From positions 26,412,001-26,476,000 of the forward strand of contig OX597830.1 of the NCBI GenBank assembly GCA_951406725.2: a stretch of DNA of 64,000 nt. The letters are read 5' to 3'. Below the pieces are notes generated by a model. That model was not told the DNA's origin, made no database searches, and saw only the letters and a list, made by a program, of their open reading frames with translations. How positions within the stretch are numbered: the stretch's first letter is position 1; every line of letters begins with the position of its first letter. The DNA comes from Octopus vulgaris (lineage: Eukaryota). The position numbers and the translations under genes are program-made. Positions 18,522 through 33,340 of the stretch are shown here, piece by piece.

Positions 18522-20319
18522 GTACATATATATTTACATGCAGACGAATATTTATAGAAACATACATAGATCCATAATGCATACACGATTAAAGCTAACT
18601 CTTGTCTGAGTACAACCGTTTGTTGGGAATTTGTAATGTTACAAAGAGAGGACAAGAGCGAGTAAGAAGTTTATCAGTCAATTCAAGAGTCAGACAAGGT
18701 TAGTTTAGAACATGTTTTTGGCCCTTTCTGGTTAATAGTGAGTAATGCCTTCGGTAGAAAGAGCTACTCAGTGTCTCAAGAGTATACGGAATCTCACTAT
18801 CACCATAATTTGAAAAACAAGCGTCCAACATCTCAGGCTATTGGTGGGAGAAAGGTGTGTGTATGTACTCCAGCTGATACGGACTAATTCAGTAGATTGA
18901 AGCAATGAAGTGCCTTCCTTAAGCATTAAATACGCTGCCCAAAACACGGTAACGAACACACAATCTTATAATCATGAATCAAATCTCTGTGTACCACTGC
19001 ATGAGCGTTCTCAAACTACCACCAACATCATCAACACTTTCAACCCAGAGCTGTTGCAGTTTGATGGAGGTTATTACTGTAATCTATTTGGCGGTCCCAA
19101 GAGAAGTTTTGGATATATATTTGACTCATTCGGGACCCTTATTAAGATAATTTTGTATCTGGAAGGCATACTTTAAAGTGACACAATCTATCTACACTGA
19201 ACAACTGATTTGTCAAGCAGTTGAGCATTTTTTAGGTTACCATAATATATCAAATAGAGTGAAACAAATGTTTCAGATCGAATATCTATTAATTCACGTA
19301 CAATACAACATCCATACAAACGATACGTCTTTTAGAAAGACATGGGAAATGGCGTCACTACAACAGAAAAGTGATCATTGATGTTATAAAGTAAGACATC
19401 AGAAATCTGGGAGTGGAAAAAGTTATATTTATTAAATAGTAAAAACTAGTACAGAATAACAGAGGAAAAATCTGCAAATTAGCAGAACTCAACAAATAAG
19501 GGTCGGTTTATGTATGCATAAAGTTCCACTGCTAAACCTTAAGACATTTTATAGCTAAAATGGAAATATATATTAGGGGGAAGTGTATAGTTTAGCTATT
19601 TCTTCAATCACAAATTGTATGTTTGTATCAGTTTAGCAATGATTATTAAAAGATTACATTACGTTAATCACACACGTACTCACATCTATATTCTCTGTAC
19701 TCACGAGATATGATATTGCGAAAGAGGCTACCTGGACATATAAATAATTAGACATAAATGGCAAAATTTTAACTACCTGGAGTCATTATTTATTTACTTG
19801 TATAATACAAAGCATTCCTCATACGTTTGTGAAGCAAACTATGAGCGTACACCATCTCTATGCATGGCGACATTTGTAGCTTCATAGATGAATATGGGAA
19901 CACGAGTATAGGAACTGCGTGTTCGTATTTTGCAATGGATAAAAAAAAGAAAAGGCTGAAGTAAAAAATTTCTTCAAGTTTGACCAGTACTTGAACGCTT
20001 GACCACATGCATAGCATAGTGAAAGTTACAAACAATGTTTTTTTCTTTTTATTATATTTTCAATTCTTATTTTAATTTTCACCTAAATATTAAAATTGTC
20101 TCATTTTATTTTATTCGCTCTCTTTCTAACAACGACACTACGCAATTTTGCCGAAGACAAATATTATGTAAGCTGCTTTTTGTGAACTGATTGAAAATAA
20201 TATTACGTTGCACTTTGCACAGACGATATGCGATACGACGAAAGTATGTGTATAGATATTTAGTGAATAAATGAATATAAATGTATAAAAATATTAGCGA
20301 GAGTTGTATTAATCCTGTC

Positions 20320-20700
20320 TATTATAGGCACAAGGCCTGGAATTTCTGGGGAGCGGGTAGTCGATTATATCGACCTCAGCACTTAGCGGGTACTTAATTT
20401 ATAGACAACGAAAAGCAAAGTCGACCGCGGCGGAATTTGAACTCAGAACGTAGCGGAGGACGAAATACCTATTTCTTTACTACTCACAAGGGGCTAAACA
20501 CAGAGGGGACAAACAAGGACAGACAAACGGATTAAGTCGATTATATCGACCCCAGTGCGTAACTGGTACTTATTTTATCGACCCCGAAAGGATGAAAGGT
20601 AAACTCTTCCTCGACGGAATTTGAACTCAGAACTTAGCGGCAGACGAAATACCAGAAAGCATTTCGGCCGGCGTGCTAACGATTCTGCCATCTCGTCGTC
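20320..20700 (-). mobile_element. SINE family B
   Basis: Reverse complement of the AAGGCGGCGAGCTGGCAGAA..GTTCAAATTCCGCCGAGGTCGAC family. Confidence 0.8.
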
Positions 20701-21179
20701 TTGAGAATTCGTGTTAACAAAAGGTATATTTATCTCTCACTGAAAGGACGCAGTTTGAACATGGATTTCTACGTTACTTACTATGGATTTGTATTGAATG
20801 AAAGCACTCGTTTATAAATATACATGCACACACACGAAAACACACACACACGCAAACACACACACACACACGCGCGCATACCCACACACACGCACACATA
20901 CGCGCGCGTGCATTGTGAGTGTGTGTGTGTGTCCTGCTCTGAGTAATTTATTTCACTGAAAAGTATTCACCGTACACTTCTTTCGTCTACGCAAGAAGTA
21001 TAAAGTAAGACCATATGTGGAGCATTGCATCTAATAAGTCGCTGATGTTTTGTGTGACAGATTAAATTCGGTGATGACTACCGGCTGACAAAAGCGATGT
21101 GTTGTTGCCCCAGGCTTATTTTGAGAATACACCCTTACCACTAAGCCACGTGCCTACACCGTTCATAGTAGTAGTAGTA

Positions 21180-22310
21180 GTAGTATTTAATACTGACAGC
21201 CATTTGAGTTGATAGGAAGCTCGGCAAAAGTTGGTTTCAAGATTTAGCATCATCTTGTCGTCTAGTCGTAGGGTTAATATAAATTTGGGGCCAAGACTGA
21301 GAAGTTTAGGTTCTTCGTGGGATAGAGATCCTGTCAAATCTGTAACGAGTGCTGTATTATTGTCTGAAGTGTGGAGGCGCAATGGCCCAGTGGTTAGGGC
21401 AGCGGACTCGCGGTCATAGGATCGCGGTTTCGATTCCCAAACCGGGCGTTGTGAGTGTTTATTGAGCGAAAACACCTAAAGCGCCACGAGGCTCCGGCAG
21501 GGGATGGTGGTGATCCCTGCTGTACTCTTTCACCACAACTTTCTCTCACTCTTACTTCCTGTTTCTGTTGTACCTGTATTTCAAAGGGCCGGCCTTGTCA
21601 CTCTCTGTGTCACGCTGAATATCCCCGAGAACTGCGTTGAGGGTACACGTGTCTGTGGAGTGCTCAGCCACTTACACGTTAATTTCACGAGCAGGCTGTT
21701 CCGTTGATTCGGATCAACCGGAACCCTCATCGTCGTAGCCGACGGAGTGCTTCCAATTGTCTGAAGTGTCGGTAATCTCAGTGACGATGGTTCCTTGATT
21801 ATTTCTGCTGTTGTGGTGTAATGAATCTTTGTTCTTTTAGTGCTTTTGGTAAAGTCATAGGAACTTTTGTTCAAGGCGCTTTTTTCTTCTCAAGACGGCG
21901 GTTGAGATAACGTTGATTTATAGCCGCGGTTGTATTCAGGAGCAGAGGCTCTGTGTTTAAGATAAGTTCTGGAATTGTGTCAGTGATCTTTTTAAGAAGT
22001 TGCTGGAGTTGCTAGTGTAGATGTTGTATGATTTTCTTGATGTAGAATTTGCGTAAATAGGTTAGTGGCTGCCTGAGGTTTGGTGAGTAGAAGCATGTTG
22101 GTAAGTGTATGTTCTTCATAGTGTTTGGTGTTATAGTTTTTGAGGCAACGCTTAAGAAAGTTGATTTGGCAACCGACAGTGGAACATTTCTCAGATAGTT
22201 TAAATAGTTCCTTAGTTGTTGCAAACTGTGTCTGGCTTAGGCAGGATGATAATAAAATTTGATAGTTTGCTGGAAGCGTCGTATGTGGAATATAATGTTG
22301 AAAGATGTAA
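21180..22310 (-). mobile_element. Penelope-like N-terminal ORF fragment, interrupted by a SINE
   Basis: QINFLKRCLK and DLTGSLSHEEPKLLSLGPKF resemble PLE N-terminal motifs. Frameshifted. Confidence 0.55.
21373..21755 (+). mobile_element. tRNA-derived SINE family C with 14-bp TSD
   Basis: A box TGGCCCAGTGG, B box GGTTTCGATTCCC. TSD ATTGTCTGAAGTGT at 21359-21372 and 21756-21769. Confidence 0.9.
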
Positions 22311-22707
22311 AGGCGTAGGAGTGGCTGTGTGGTAAGTAGCTTGCTTACCAACCACATGGTTCCGGCTTCATTTCCACTGCGTGGTACCTTGGACAAGTGT
22401 CTTCTACTATAGCCACGGGCCGACCAAAGCCTTCTAAGTAGATTTGGTAGACGGAGACTGAAAGAAGCCTGTCGTATATATGTATGTGTGTGTATATGTT
22501 TGTGTCTGTGTTTGTGAACCCAACATCGCTTGACAACCGATGCTGATGTGTTTACGTCCCCATAACGTAGCGGTTCGGCAAAAGAGACCGACAGAATAAG
22601 TACTAGGTTTACAAAGAATAAGTCTTCTGGTCGATTTGCTCGACTAAAGGCGGTGCTCCAGCATGGCCGCACTCAAATGACTGAAACAAGTAAAAGAGTA
22701 AAAGAGC
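22311..22707 (+). mobile_element. SINE family A, full length
   Basis: tRNA-like head, internal (TA/TG)n, (GTAAAAGA)n tail. Further copies at about 23855-24050(-), 35290-35420, 40140-40330 and 41822-41877(-). Confidence 0.85.
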
Positions 22708-23505
22708 AAAGGCCAAACAATGCAAATAGATTTTAAGATGAGGTAATGTGAACTAAAAGTAAGTTACCCGGTAATCTTTGGTCTTATGTGTGTGTGTATA
22801 TATAACCGGTGTTGTTCAAACGATGAATAGCTTTGCGTAAACCATGGTCCGTTTTGTTCTCTTACTTTATTATCATCTTATAATCATCTCATAATAATGA
22901 CTTTTATGACTCGTATTACTACCTCAGTCAATCTAAATGTATATATTTGTCGTTACCTGTCATAAATAGCCTTTTATTATTTGCAATGTGCATTTTCATT
23001 GATTTTTCATATTTTACCCTTACATTTCCACGTGTATTTTATATTTTATATTTTCTTTTCTATCTCTCTCTCCCTCTTTCTCTATATATATATCTAAACA
23101 TACATACATATGTATGTATGCATGTATGTATGTATGCATGTATGTATGTATGCATGTATGTATGTATGCATGTATGTATGTATGCATGTATGTATGTATG
23201 CATGTATGTATGTACTCACACGCAGACAAACGCACACACTCATACGTACATATCACACACACACTCATACGTACATATCACACACACACAAGCATTCACA
23301 TGAATCATGTTCAGTCAAGTGGGGAATCACAGCAATAACTACGACTGAATTTCGGATTAAGTATGTAAGCTTATTTATAATACATACATACATACATACA
23401 TACATACATACATACATACATACGTTACATACATTTATACATACATACATACGGACTGAGACAGACACACACACATACACACACATGAGTTTGTGATGTA
23501 TTTAG

Positions 23506-23545
<40 letters not shown>

Positions 23546-23560
23546 GAGGATGAGCAACAC

Positions 23561-23594
<34 letters not shown>

Positions 23595-24752
23595 TTTTGT
23601 ATGTATATATATACTCGAATTTTAAGATGACGTTATTCTTTGTAGTTAAGTCCGAGCAACAATGAATATGTCGAAATATCTTCTATTATATTTCCGTAAG
23701 TTTACTTTCATTATAATTTTTGCAATTTTTTCTGTATCTCCTTTCACCCAACCGCCATATAGTCAAATCCAAATCACAAGTGACCATCCCGTCTTTCTTT
23801 CAGACACTGTGAAACTAATCTACATCAATCAAATTCTTTATTTTCCTATTCGTTTGTTTGTTTCAGTCATTTGACTGCGGCAAAGCTGAAGCACTGCTTT
23901 TTAGTCGAACGGATCGACCCCATGACTTACTCTTTGTAAGCTTGGTATTTATTCTATCGGTCTCTTTCGCCGAACCGCTATGTTACAGGGATATAAATAC
24001 ACCAACATCTGTTGTCAAGCGATGGTGGGGTGGGGAGACGAACACAGACACAATGTGACCTTTCTTTTTATATCCCTAATTTATTTGGAAAGTATTTTGA
24101 GCTGAACCCGTGTCAAGTATTTAAAAGACAAAAAAAAAAAAATGAACCTATTGGCGTAATTTTTGCAGATTATTTCGAAAAAGGAAGTAAAAGGAATATA
24201 GACAAGCAGCAACCGTTGAATCTTTTATAGGCTCTTCCCAACTATAACAATATTTATTTGTTTTACTTATTTTTAGTAATTTAAGGAATTGGCGATAGTG
24301 ATGACACTTGAGGTTTGGCGCAGTTAAGAATGATGCTTGAAAGTGTTAGGCTTTCAAGTGGTTGGTTGTAGAGCTTGTTTGTTCAGAAGAGCATTGACAT
24401 TTGTCGTAACTAAAGAATAATAAGAAAACTGACACCGCATGTCTGGCAAGCGGGGATGTAGACAGCCAATATTTTACCCGTGGATATTGATGTTATCAAA
24501 TAACCAAATAGAAAATAAGGGAAACGCTCATGCATGAGTTTGTGTCAATTGTGTGTAAATAATGATATTGTTACTTATTAGGTGCTTGTTGTTTAGTCCC
24601 AGCTTATACCTGAGTCGGTAGATAAAAGATCAAAACACCATTTACATGTTCATTTTTGGGTGCAGTATGTACATTTAGGAAATTTGGTTGGTTGTTTTGA
24701 CTGATAAAGCGATCACGTAAAAACTACTTTGTTATTGCGGAGACACACACAC

Positions 24753-24798
<46 letters not shown>

Positions 24799-26021
24799 CT
24801 CCCCTCTCTATCTCTCTCCCTCTCACACACACACAACCACACACACATACTTTTTACATCTTTGTCTATTTATTTCCCCTGTCCACCAGCGATGGGTTTT
24901 AAAGGGACTAGGAACGCTGAACGCTTACATTTCCACAATACTCAACCGATTTTTACCAAACTTCATACACATATTACGTATGTCCCAAGGATGGTCATGC
25001 ACTAAATATTTTGCCCAGAGCTCCCGGGTAAATTTAACTAAATGGACATTGTTTTATTTTTGTATGTAGGGTCTTCCATACCTTTTAAATCTTTTTATAA
25101 AAGTGAAAGGATTTTGTCTATTTATTTCCACTGTCCACCTGCCACGGTAACTGAATTGACAAGGAACACTACGCGATGAATATCCAATACAAAACAATCT
25201 AAATTTCCATATTTAAACTGCATGAAACTTTAAAAAGCTTACCTTTACCTAATCTGAGTTAGTTGAAAGGTGATGTTCCCTTCCCTTTCTTCTATTTGTT
25301 GATAGGTTGTTTACCTACCAATGCGTTGTTTCACTTTAAGGATGCTTATTTACCCATCCGTTATGATGCTTCGACAGTTGTCCATTGTTTCGAAATATCT
25401 TTTAGCATTGACGTTCTAGCCTTCTTTAAACAATCCCATATGATTCATCCGAAAGAATCAACCATTAAATAATAGTTTTGCTTCCACTAGCAAAAGCTAT
25501 ACGTATCTTTCAGAAAGCTCCATGCCAATTTAATTTTAAGCTGTATTCTCTGTTAGTTTATGTGTAGGCTATGTGGGAAGACAGAAGAAAGGGGTTTTTG
25601 ATAGCTTATCTCTCCGAAAAATAGCTCCCTTTACTGTTGAAAAAGTAAACTCGCAGAAGGGATGCTTCAACATCTTACTTCAATTTCATTACACCATCCA
25701 TGAGGCTGTTTCTGATAACGATAATTACTGATATACTTGATTACGTTGTAAATGCTTGAGTGGCAATCGTGAAACGCTTGGGTTTCAAGTCAGGGAACCA
25801 GACACTTAACACGCACATTACAGATACAATTTGTAGGGGGAAAAGCAACAATATGCAAGATATTCTGAAGTTTAAAATGTTACATTTTTCATTATTGTTA
25901 ATAAATTAAAGTGATCGATATTTGTTCTTTGCAAGTAACAAGTTCGTTTTACTAGGAATGATTCTAATACATAAAACAAATTACACAGACACAAAAACAT
26001 GTGTACATACATTTATACATA

Positions 26022-26246
26022 CAAGGGAGTGCTGAAAAATCCTGGCTTTAATGGTATTGCGAAAGGTGTGGTTGGAGGTCAAAACTTCCCAGATATTTTA
26101 TAGGGCTTAGAAAAAGTGAAGGACTGCTGCGTTAAGGGTAATAATATGAGAGGGGAAATTGTTGAATAAATTCAATACTATCATAATTAACTGGTCCTCC
26201 TATATTTTCTTTTACTCAAAGCCAGGAACTGTTCAGCACCGTCCCG
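26022..26246. mobile_element. Mariner-derived MITE
   Basis: TA|CAAGGGAGTGCTGAAAAATCCTGGCTT ... AAGCCAGGAACTGTTCAGCACCGTCCCG|TA imperfect TIRs. Confidence 0.65.
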
Positions 26247-26750
26247 TATATACAAATATAAATGATGCAATAGAATAAGTCTATAGAGTATAGATATACT
26301 CATATACTCTATATTCATAGAGTATATCTTGGTAACAGCTAACAGGCATTTGTCAACTGTTGCATGTGATTATGTAGTTTCGTGGAGGCATAGATAACTT
26401 CTCACAGCCTGCTCACCCCACTGCGGCATTTGATCATCCATAATTTGGTAGTTTGAAGGACTGAGAGCTGCAACAGACCCCTGGGGGAAGCAACGTAAAT
26501 TAATGTGTATTACTCAGGGATACGACGCACCCACCGATTCTGAATAACGTAAACAGCATGACATGCGTCTTCACCAATCCATCCACACACAGACACACAC
26601 ACACTCATACATACATACATACATACATACATACATACATACATACATACATACATACATACATACATACATGCATAAATACTTTTTTACATACATACAT
26701 ACCCAAACACTAAACGCTAATAGCACTTGCAATAGTTATTGCGTGCTGGT

Positions 26751-27605
26751 AAGGCGGCGAGCTGGCAGAAACGTTAGCACGCCGGGCGAAATGCTTACCG
26801 GTATTTCGTCTGCATTTACGTTTTGAGTTCAAATTCCGCCGAGGTCGACTTTGCTTTTCATCCTTTCGGGGTCGATTAAATAAGTACTAGTTACGCACTG
26901 GGGTCGATATAATCGACTTAATCCGTTTGTCTGTCCTTGTTTGTCCCCTCTGTGTGTAGCCCCTTGGGAGTAGTAAAGAAATAGGTAAGGCGGCGAACTG
27001 GAAAAATCGTTAGAATTACGGGGAAAATGATTTGCAGCATTCTTCCATTTTTATGATCTGAGTTCAAATTCAACCGTAGTCGACTTTGGCTTTTATCCTT
27101 TCGAACCGATAAAGAAAGTAACTGTCGAGCACTGGAGCTAATTTAATAGATTTACCATTGGCTCTGAAATTGTTGGCCTTATACTAAAAAGTCAAACTCG
27201 TTAACAAACAAGACAAAATGCTTAGCAGCATTTCATCTACTCTTAGTATCAGTGCTCAAATTCTGCTTAGGTCGACTTTGCCTTTCATCATTCCAGGGTG
27301 GATAAAATAAGTACCAGTCAAGCACTGGGGTCCATGTGCTTGGTTAGCCCTTTCTCACAATTTTTTAGCCTCGTTCCAATTGTAGAAAGGAATTTTAATT
27401 CCACTTATGTCAGCGAGCTGGCAGAATTATTAGCACGACGGGCAAAATGCTTTGCGGCGTTCAAATTCAAATTCCGCTGGGTTCAGCTTTCCTTTCTATT
27501 CTTTCAGAGTCGCTAGAATAAATGATAGTTAAGCAATACAGTCGGTTTAATTTTTTTACCCGACTTCTGAAATTGCTGGTGTTGTCCTAAATTATGAAAC
27601 CAATA
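26751..27605 (+). mobile_element. Cluster of tandem SINE family B copies
   Basis: Repeated ..GAGTTCAAATTC..GTCGACTTTG..CCTTTC units of varying divergence. Confidence 0.75.
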
Positions 27606-27878
27606 TTATTTCTACTCTCGTGCATAACTTTATGTGAAAATAAGACGCAGCCCAGAGTTACCAAGATAAGGAATTCTTTTTTAATTTAACTTTGCTTATT
27701 TTAGTTTAGATGTGAATTGACAAACAATTTCAAAATCTACGCGTAGGTTCTTCAATTTGAAGACTCCACTAGAATAGACGAAAGCGCTAATGTATGATAT
27801 ATGATACATAAAAACATGCAACATACTAATAAATATCTGTAAATATAAAACCATCTGGATTTCTGAGTACCTCATTTC

Positions 27879-27916
<38 letters not shown>

Positions 27917-27917
<1 letters not shown>

Positions 27918-28325
27918 TCTTTTACTCTTTTACTTGTTTCAGTCATCTGACTGTGGCGATGTTGGAGCACCACTTTTAATCGAGCAAATCGACTCCAGGA
28001 CTTATTCTTTGTAAGCCTAGTACTTATTATATCGGACTCTTTTGCCGAGCCGCTAAGTTACGGGGACGTAAACACACCAGCATCGGTTGTCAAGCGATGT
28101 TGGGAGGACAAACACAGACACACAAACATATACACACACGTACATATATACATATACATATATACAACGGGCTTCTTTCAGTTTCTGTCTACCAAATCCA
28201 CTCACAAGGCTTTGGTCGGCCCGAGGCTATAGTAGAAGACACTTGCCCAAAGAACCACGCAGTGGGACTGAATCCAGACCCATGTGGTTGGTAAGCAAGC
28301 TACTTACCACACAGCCACTCCTGCG

Positions 28326-28327
<2 letters not shown>
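27917..28327 (-). mobile_element. SINE family A, full length
   Basis: Reverse complement of 22311-22707. Confidence 0.85.
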
Positions 28328-28381
<54 letters not shown>

Positions 28382-28386
<5 letters not shown>

Positions 28387-29277
28387 GTAATATAATACGT
28401 GACAATTATTCGGTTGCCATAATAAGACTTCGGATGTCAGAGTGGAAAACGGCTCCGGCATCTCATCACTTATCGAGGCAATCAAAAGATGCTATGAAAA
28501 TGACCGTTAAACAAAGGGAAATTACTATGTAATTGAACGTTATTAAGACAAAAGAGCTATTAGAATGGCCATCAAATAAGGGCAAAAAACCGTAGGGGAT
28601 GAAGTAAAAGTGAAAATGCTCATAGAAATCGCATATGCGCGCATGTACATGCATACACATGCGCGCACGCGCACCCACTTACATGTGCCTATATGCATAT
28701 GGATGCTTATACTCGCATGATACACTTACATGCACACCCACACATACGTCTATATATGCACATACCTGTACACATATGTACACATATATAGCATGTGCGG
28801 ATTTAGACGTGTATTTGAATATAATTGTGCGCGTATGGGTATGTGCACGTGTGTGTAGATATGTATTTGGGTACATGTATGGTTGCAGAAATATGTGCAT
28901 ATATAGGCGTATGTGTGGGTGTGCATGTATGTGTTTCATGCGAGAGTGAGCGAGCATACGCATAATTACGTGGGTATGCATACGCGTATGTGTATGTATG
29001 TACATGCGTGCATACGCGATTTCTATGAGCATTTTGCTTTTTTTTACATTCTCCCCTTCGGTTTTTTCCCCTTATTTGACGGTCATTCTAATAGCTCTTT
29101 TGTCTTAATAACAGTCAATTACATAGTAATTTCTCTTTGTTTAACGGTCATTTTCTTAGCATTTTTTAATTGCCTTGATAACTGACGAGATGCCGGAGAA
29201 GATTTTCCGTCCCGATATCCGAAACTCGGAGTCTTATTATGGCAACCGAATAATTGTCCCATATTATATTACAGATA
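28382..29277. mobile_element. Foldback/MITE with about 280-bp TIRs
   Basis: TATCTGTAATATAATACGTGACAATTATTCGGTTGCCATAATAAGAC... is inverted at the right end. The core is alternating purine-pyrimidine low complexity. Confidence 0.8.
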
Positions 29278-29321
29278 AATTCGATAGATAAATAGATAGA
29301 TAGATAGATATATATATATAT

Positions 29322-29447
<126 letters not shown>

Positions 29448-29689
29448 GTCTATACATATATGAATATAAATACACCTGAGTCTTTACCGGTAAAGCACGG
29501 CCACTTTCACAGTGTTCGTTATGTATATGGTAAACGGACACGCAATACAGCGAGAAAAAGCTTGCAGGTGGGCGTTTATGCACCCTTACCTGTTAATGGT
29601 TATTTTAAATACTTTTCTCGCTGTTTGAAATTTCTCGTTTATTCCATCTTTTATCTTTCATTTACCATATATGTATGTATGTATGTATG

Positions 29690-29721
<32 letters not shown>

Positions 29722-29723
29722 TG

Positions 29724-29781
<58 letters not shown>

Positions 29782-29963
29782 TATATATATGAGAATTTTT
29801 TGCGTAATAAGATAAAAAAACAAGGCTGTATAGATATTAGAGCATTTAAAGATAGGTCTTGCAGCTGTTTCTAAGATATTAATTAATAATATTCCTTCAT
29901 CGGAGACGGTGTGAGAGGAAAAATTAAGTCATAGTTAGTTTAGATGTGATACATACACCCCCC

Positions 29964-30029
<66 letters not shown>

Positions 30030-30127
30030 GAGACACAAGATATGTTACTTTGTAAAATAATTATCGGCACAAAATCATGTACTAAAAATATACCGATATA
30101 TAAATATATATAAAGAACCTTCAATTA

Positions 30128-31419
30128 CGAGGGGCGTTCAATAAGTAATGCCCCTGACCCACTTCCCATAGCAGTAGAGCAACGAAACTTAGCACAGTTA
30201 TTAGTCTTTTTCTACATAGGAACCACCCAGAGTTACGCATTTCTCCCATCGTTTGATGCAGCTCTGGAGACCGTTTTTGTAGAAGACCCCAGCTTGGTCC
30301 TCCAACCTGAACGTGACTTCAGAAATCAAGGCTGCATCATCTGGGAAACGCTTTCCTTTCAAAAACAACTTCATGACTGGGAAGAGGGGAAATCAGAGGG
30401 TGCAAAGTCAGGAAAGGAGGGGTGATGGGGGAGGAGTTCATAGCCATACGCCTGTGCTTCTGATCTGGCGACAAGCGAGTTGTGGACCGGAGCGTTTTCC
30501 TGCAGGAGGAGGATGCCTTTGCTGATCTTGCCCCGCCTCTTGATTTTGATAACTTCTCTTAATTTCCTCAAAAGTGAAGCATAATAGGCTCCTGTAATTG
30601 TGGTACCTTTTGCCAGGAAATCTGTCATCACTACTCCGTCCTGGTCCCAGAATACTGTGAGCATGACCTTGCCAGCGGAGAGCTGCACCCTTGCCTTCTT
30701 TGGAGGGGGTGAGTCACGGTGCTTCCACTACATTGACTGGGCTTTGGTCTCTGGATCATCGTGATGGACCCAGGTTTCATCCTGTGTAATCAGTCTTTTG
30801 AAAAATTTTGACTCATCTTCTTGGCACATCTCCAAATTCATCCTCGAGCACTCGACGCGTTCTTGCTTCTGGAAAGGCGTGAGCAACCTGGGAATCCATC
30901 TGGCAGACACCTTTTGCATATGCAAATGGTCATGAATGATAGTTTCCACAGACCCGGTACTAATCTTGACCTCATGGGCTATTTGGCGAATAATTATGCG
31001 TCGATCTTCCAAAATGGCAGCCTCAACTTGACGGACAGATGCCTCATCAATGGCAGAAGCGGGGCGACCAGATCTGGGAGCTGTTTCCACAGAGTTCGGA
31101 CCATGTTTGAATTCACGATGCCAGCGTTTTACAAGGTCATATGATGGAGCATCATCACCATAAGTTACTTTCATTTCATCAAAAGTCTCCCGTGGTGTGC
31201 GTCCTTTCAAATACAAAAACCGGATCACTGCTCGACACTCAACAGGCTCCATTTCACACTTGACTCAGTTCAAATACCTGTAAATCAGAAACCACAATTA
31301 GTTCAGAGCTGTAATTTGTCACTTACCCTATAGAAACATAAATGATTACACATGCACAATTTCAGCTAGATCTAAAAACTGCAAGTGGGTCAGGGGCATT
31401 ACTTATCGAAAGTCCCTCG
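30128..31419 (-). mobile_element. Full-length mariner (DD34D) transposon, 1292 bp
   Basis: TA TSD at 30126-27 and 31420-21. TIRs CGAGGGGCGTTCAATAAGTAATGCCCCTGACCCACTT, imperfect on the right. Confidence 0.95.
30210..31252 (-). pseudogene. Mariner transposase, inactivated
   Basis: HTH region, WIPRLL, TQDETW, LLQENAPVH (second D replaced by E), DFAPSDF. In-frame TAG at 30728-30730 and a frameshift near 30385. Confidence 0.9.
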
Positions 31420-31844
31420 TATATTAAAAATACATTTAAAATATATAGATATAAGTATATAGATATATGCTAAGAATATATTAAGAACATACAATATATA
31501 GTCCTACTTACCAGAAGAACGATATTAAAATTAATTAAATTTCAGAAATGGGTGGAATGTAGACATTTCGTTGGATTCCAAGATAGAAACAAATGGGTAA
31601 TAACACTTGGTAACGTAGGACAAATAAATAAACAAATAAATATTTTGTCACATAGTGTTATTTAGAATAAAGTAGATGAATAATATATTACCTTATAATT
31701 TAAAATTATTGGGATCTATAAGAGAGGGTTCAGGAAGCTTTTAGAAATATTATAACTGTTATGGAGGCTGTACACGATGATTAGCTTCTAGAATGATAAA
31801 TTGTAAAAACTCTTAATATCTTTAACGTTGGTGGACGATGCAGT

Positions 31845-31887
<43 letters not shown>

Positions 31888-32029
31888 AAGGGTAAAATTT
31901 GATATTAATTAGATTAATATCAACTTACGCCAGTGGCCTAACATATTGAAAAAATTCAGAAAAGATTCAGAAAATTGTTTTACATATAGATATGTATATG
32001 TATATGTATATATATGTGTGTGTGTGTGC

Positions 32030-32102
<73 letters not shown>

Positions 32103-32249
32103 AGGCCATCTGGTAATTGGATGCCTTCACTATTGACTACCTACCTCATTTCATGTCTAATATTGCACACTTACCTATACCAAATTCCATGTTTATATCT
32201 TTGCTGAAAGGTCTTACTGTCTGTATTAAGGAATCTATCTTATTTTCAT

Positions 32250-33340
32250 TCTTGCTCAAAACCTTCACATCATCCATGTAGAGCAAATGGTTAATTTTTT
32301 CCTTACTATTAATTCATTATTTCTCTTATGTTGTCTGCTATATTGAATATACTCAAATATTCACATATGAGTGTGGGATCATGTCATAGTCTTTCATGTA
32401 ATTTGTCCATGCTATTATATTTTCTTTCTAGATTTTACTTCATTTAGAACTGCTTTGTCTATGTATAATATATCATGCGCTTTCTAGCCTGCAGCCATTT
32501 TTTTCGTCTGGCAGTAAATTCTGGTTGTCAATGTGCACATAAATATTTTCTGAAAGCATTCCTGTTAAGAGCTTTCACACTAATGGTAAGTAAGTGACTG
32601 GTATATAATTGCTAGCTATATTACCCTTGTTTTTGTCTTTCATAAGGAGTACTGTTCTCCATCTAGTCATCCAATCTGGTATTATTCTTCCATTAAGACA
32701 AACCTGAAGACATTCCCTCAGCCTCCCATGTAGACTACTAAAATTATTTAACCAGTACCCTTGAACTAAATCTGGTCCTGGGACCTTCCAATTCGGCATT
32801 TTTCCCAAACTTTTCTCATTAATGCACTTAGATCTGTCTGATTCTCACTCACTTTCTTTAATCATACTGTATCTCCATTATGATTGACTGGCTTATCCCA
32901 AATATTACTCCAGAACTTTCTAGTTTCTTCTGCATTAGGTTTGTCATCTTCAAGAATTTCTTTCCCAATATTTACTTGATTATAAAATCTCTTCTGGTTT
33001 GTCTGAAATAATCTATTTTGTTGATACTGATCTTTTCTTTTCTGATATCGGGAAAGCTTACCTGCTCTTTCTCTGATACACACCGTTTCTACTCTTCTAT
33101 GAGTGTACCAAATCTTTTCTCTTTGACTAAGAATGATTTCTCAAGAGAATTTTTCAATCTTGTGTTTCCTATCTTGTTCAGTTTCCAGGTTTCTATTCTA
33201 CTGTAATCTTGTCTTAAAGACTTCACTTCATTTTGTTGTAACCTTTTCCACATTTGCTCTTTTCTAATCTTCCCTTGCGGAATATCTAATCTTCTAGTAA
33301 CTACTACCTCTGCTACATAAATCAATAAGTTAGTGTCACC
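32250..33340 (-). mobile_element. Degenerate R4/Dong-like LINE RT fragment
   Basis: QNRLFQTNQKRFY, FWSNIW, KMPNWKVPGPDLVQGYWL, NYIPVTYLP. Confidence 0.75.

Noticed and set aside
18760-19400. Possible very old RT remnant (LLQFDGGYYC)
   Set aside because: Too degenerate to support by eye.
21373-21445. tRNA-like sequence (also near 8485 and 57062)
   Set aside because: SINE heads with A/B boxes, not complete cloverleaf tRNA genes.
30728-30730. Mariner TAG rescued by A-to-I editing
   Set aside because: A catalytic Asp change and a downstream frameshift would still inactivate it.
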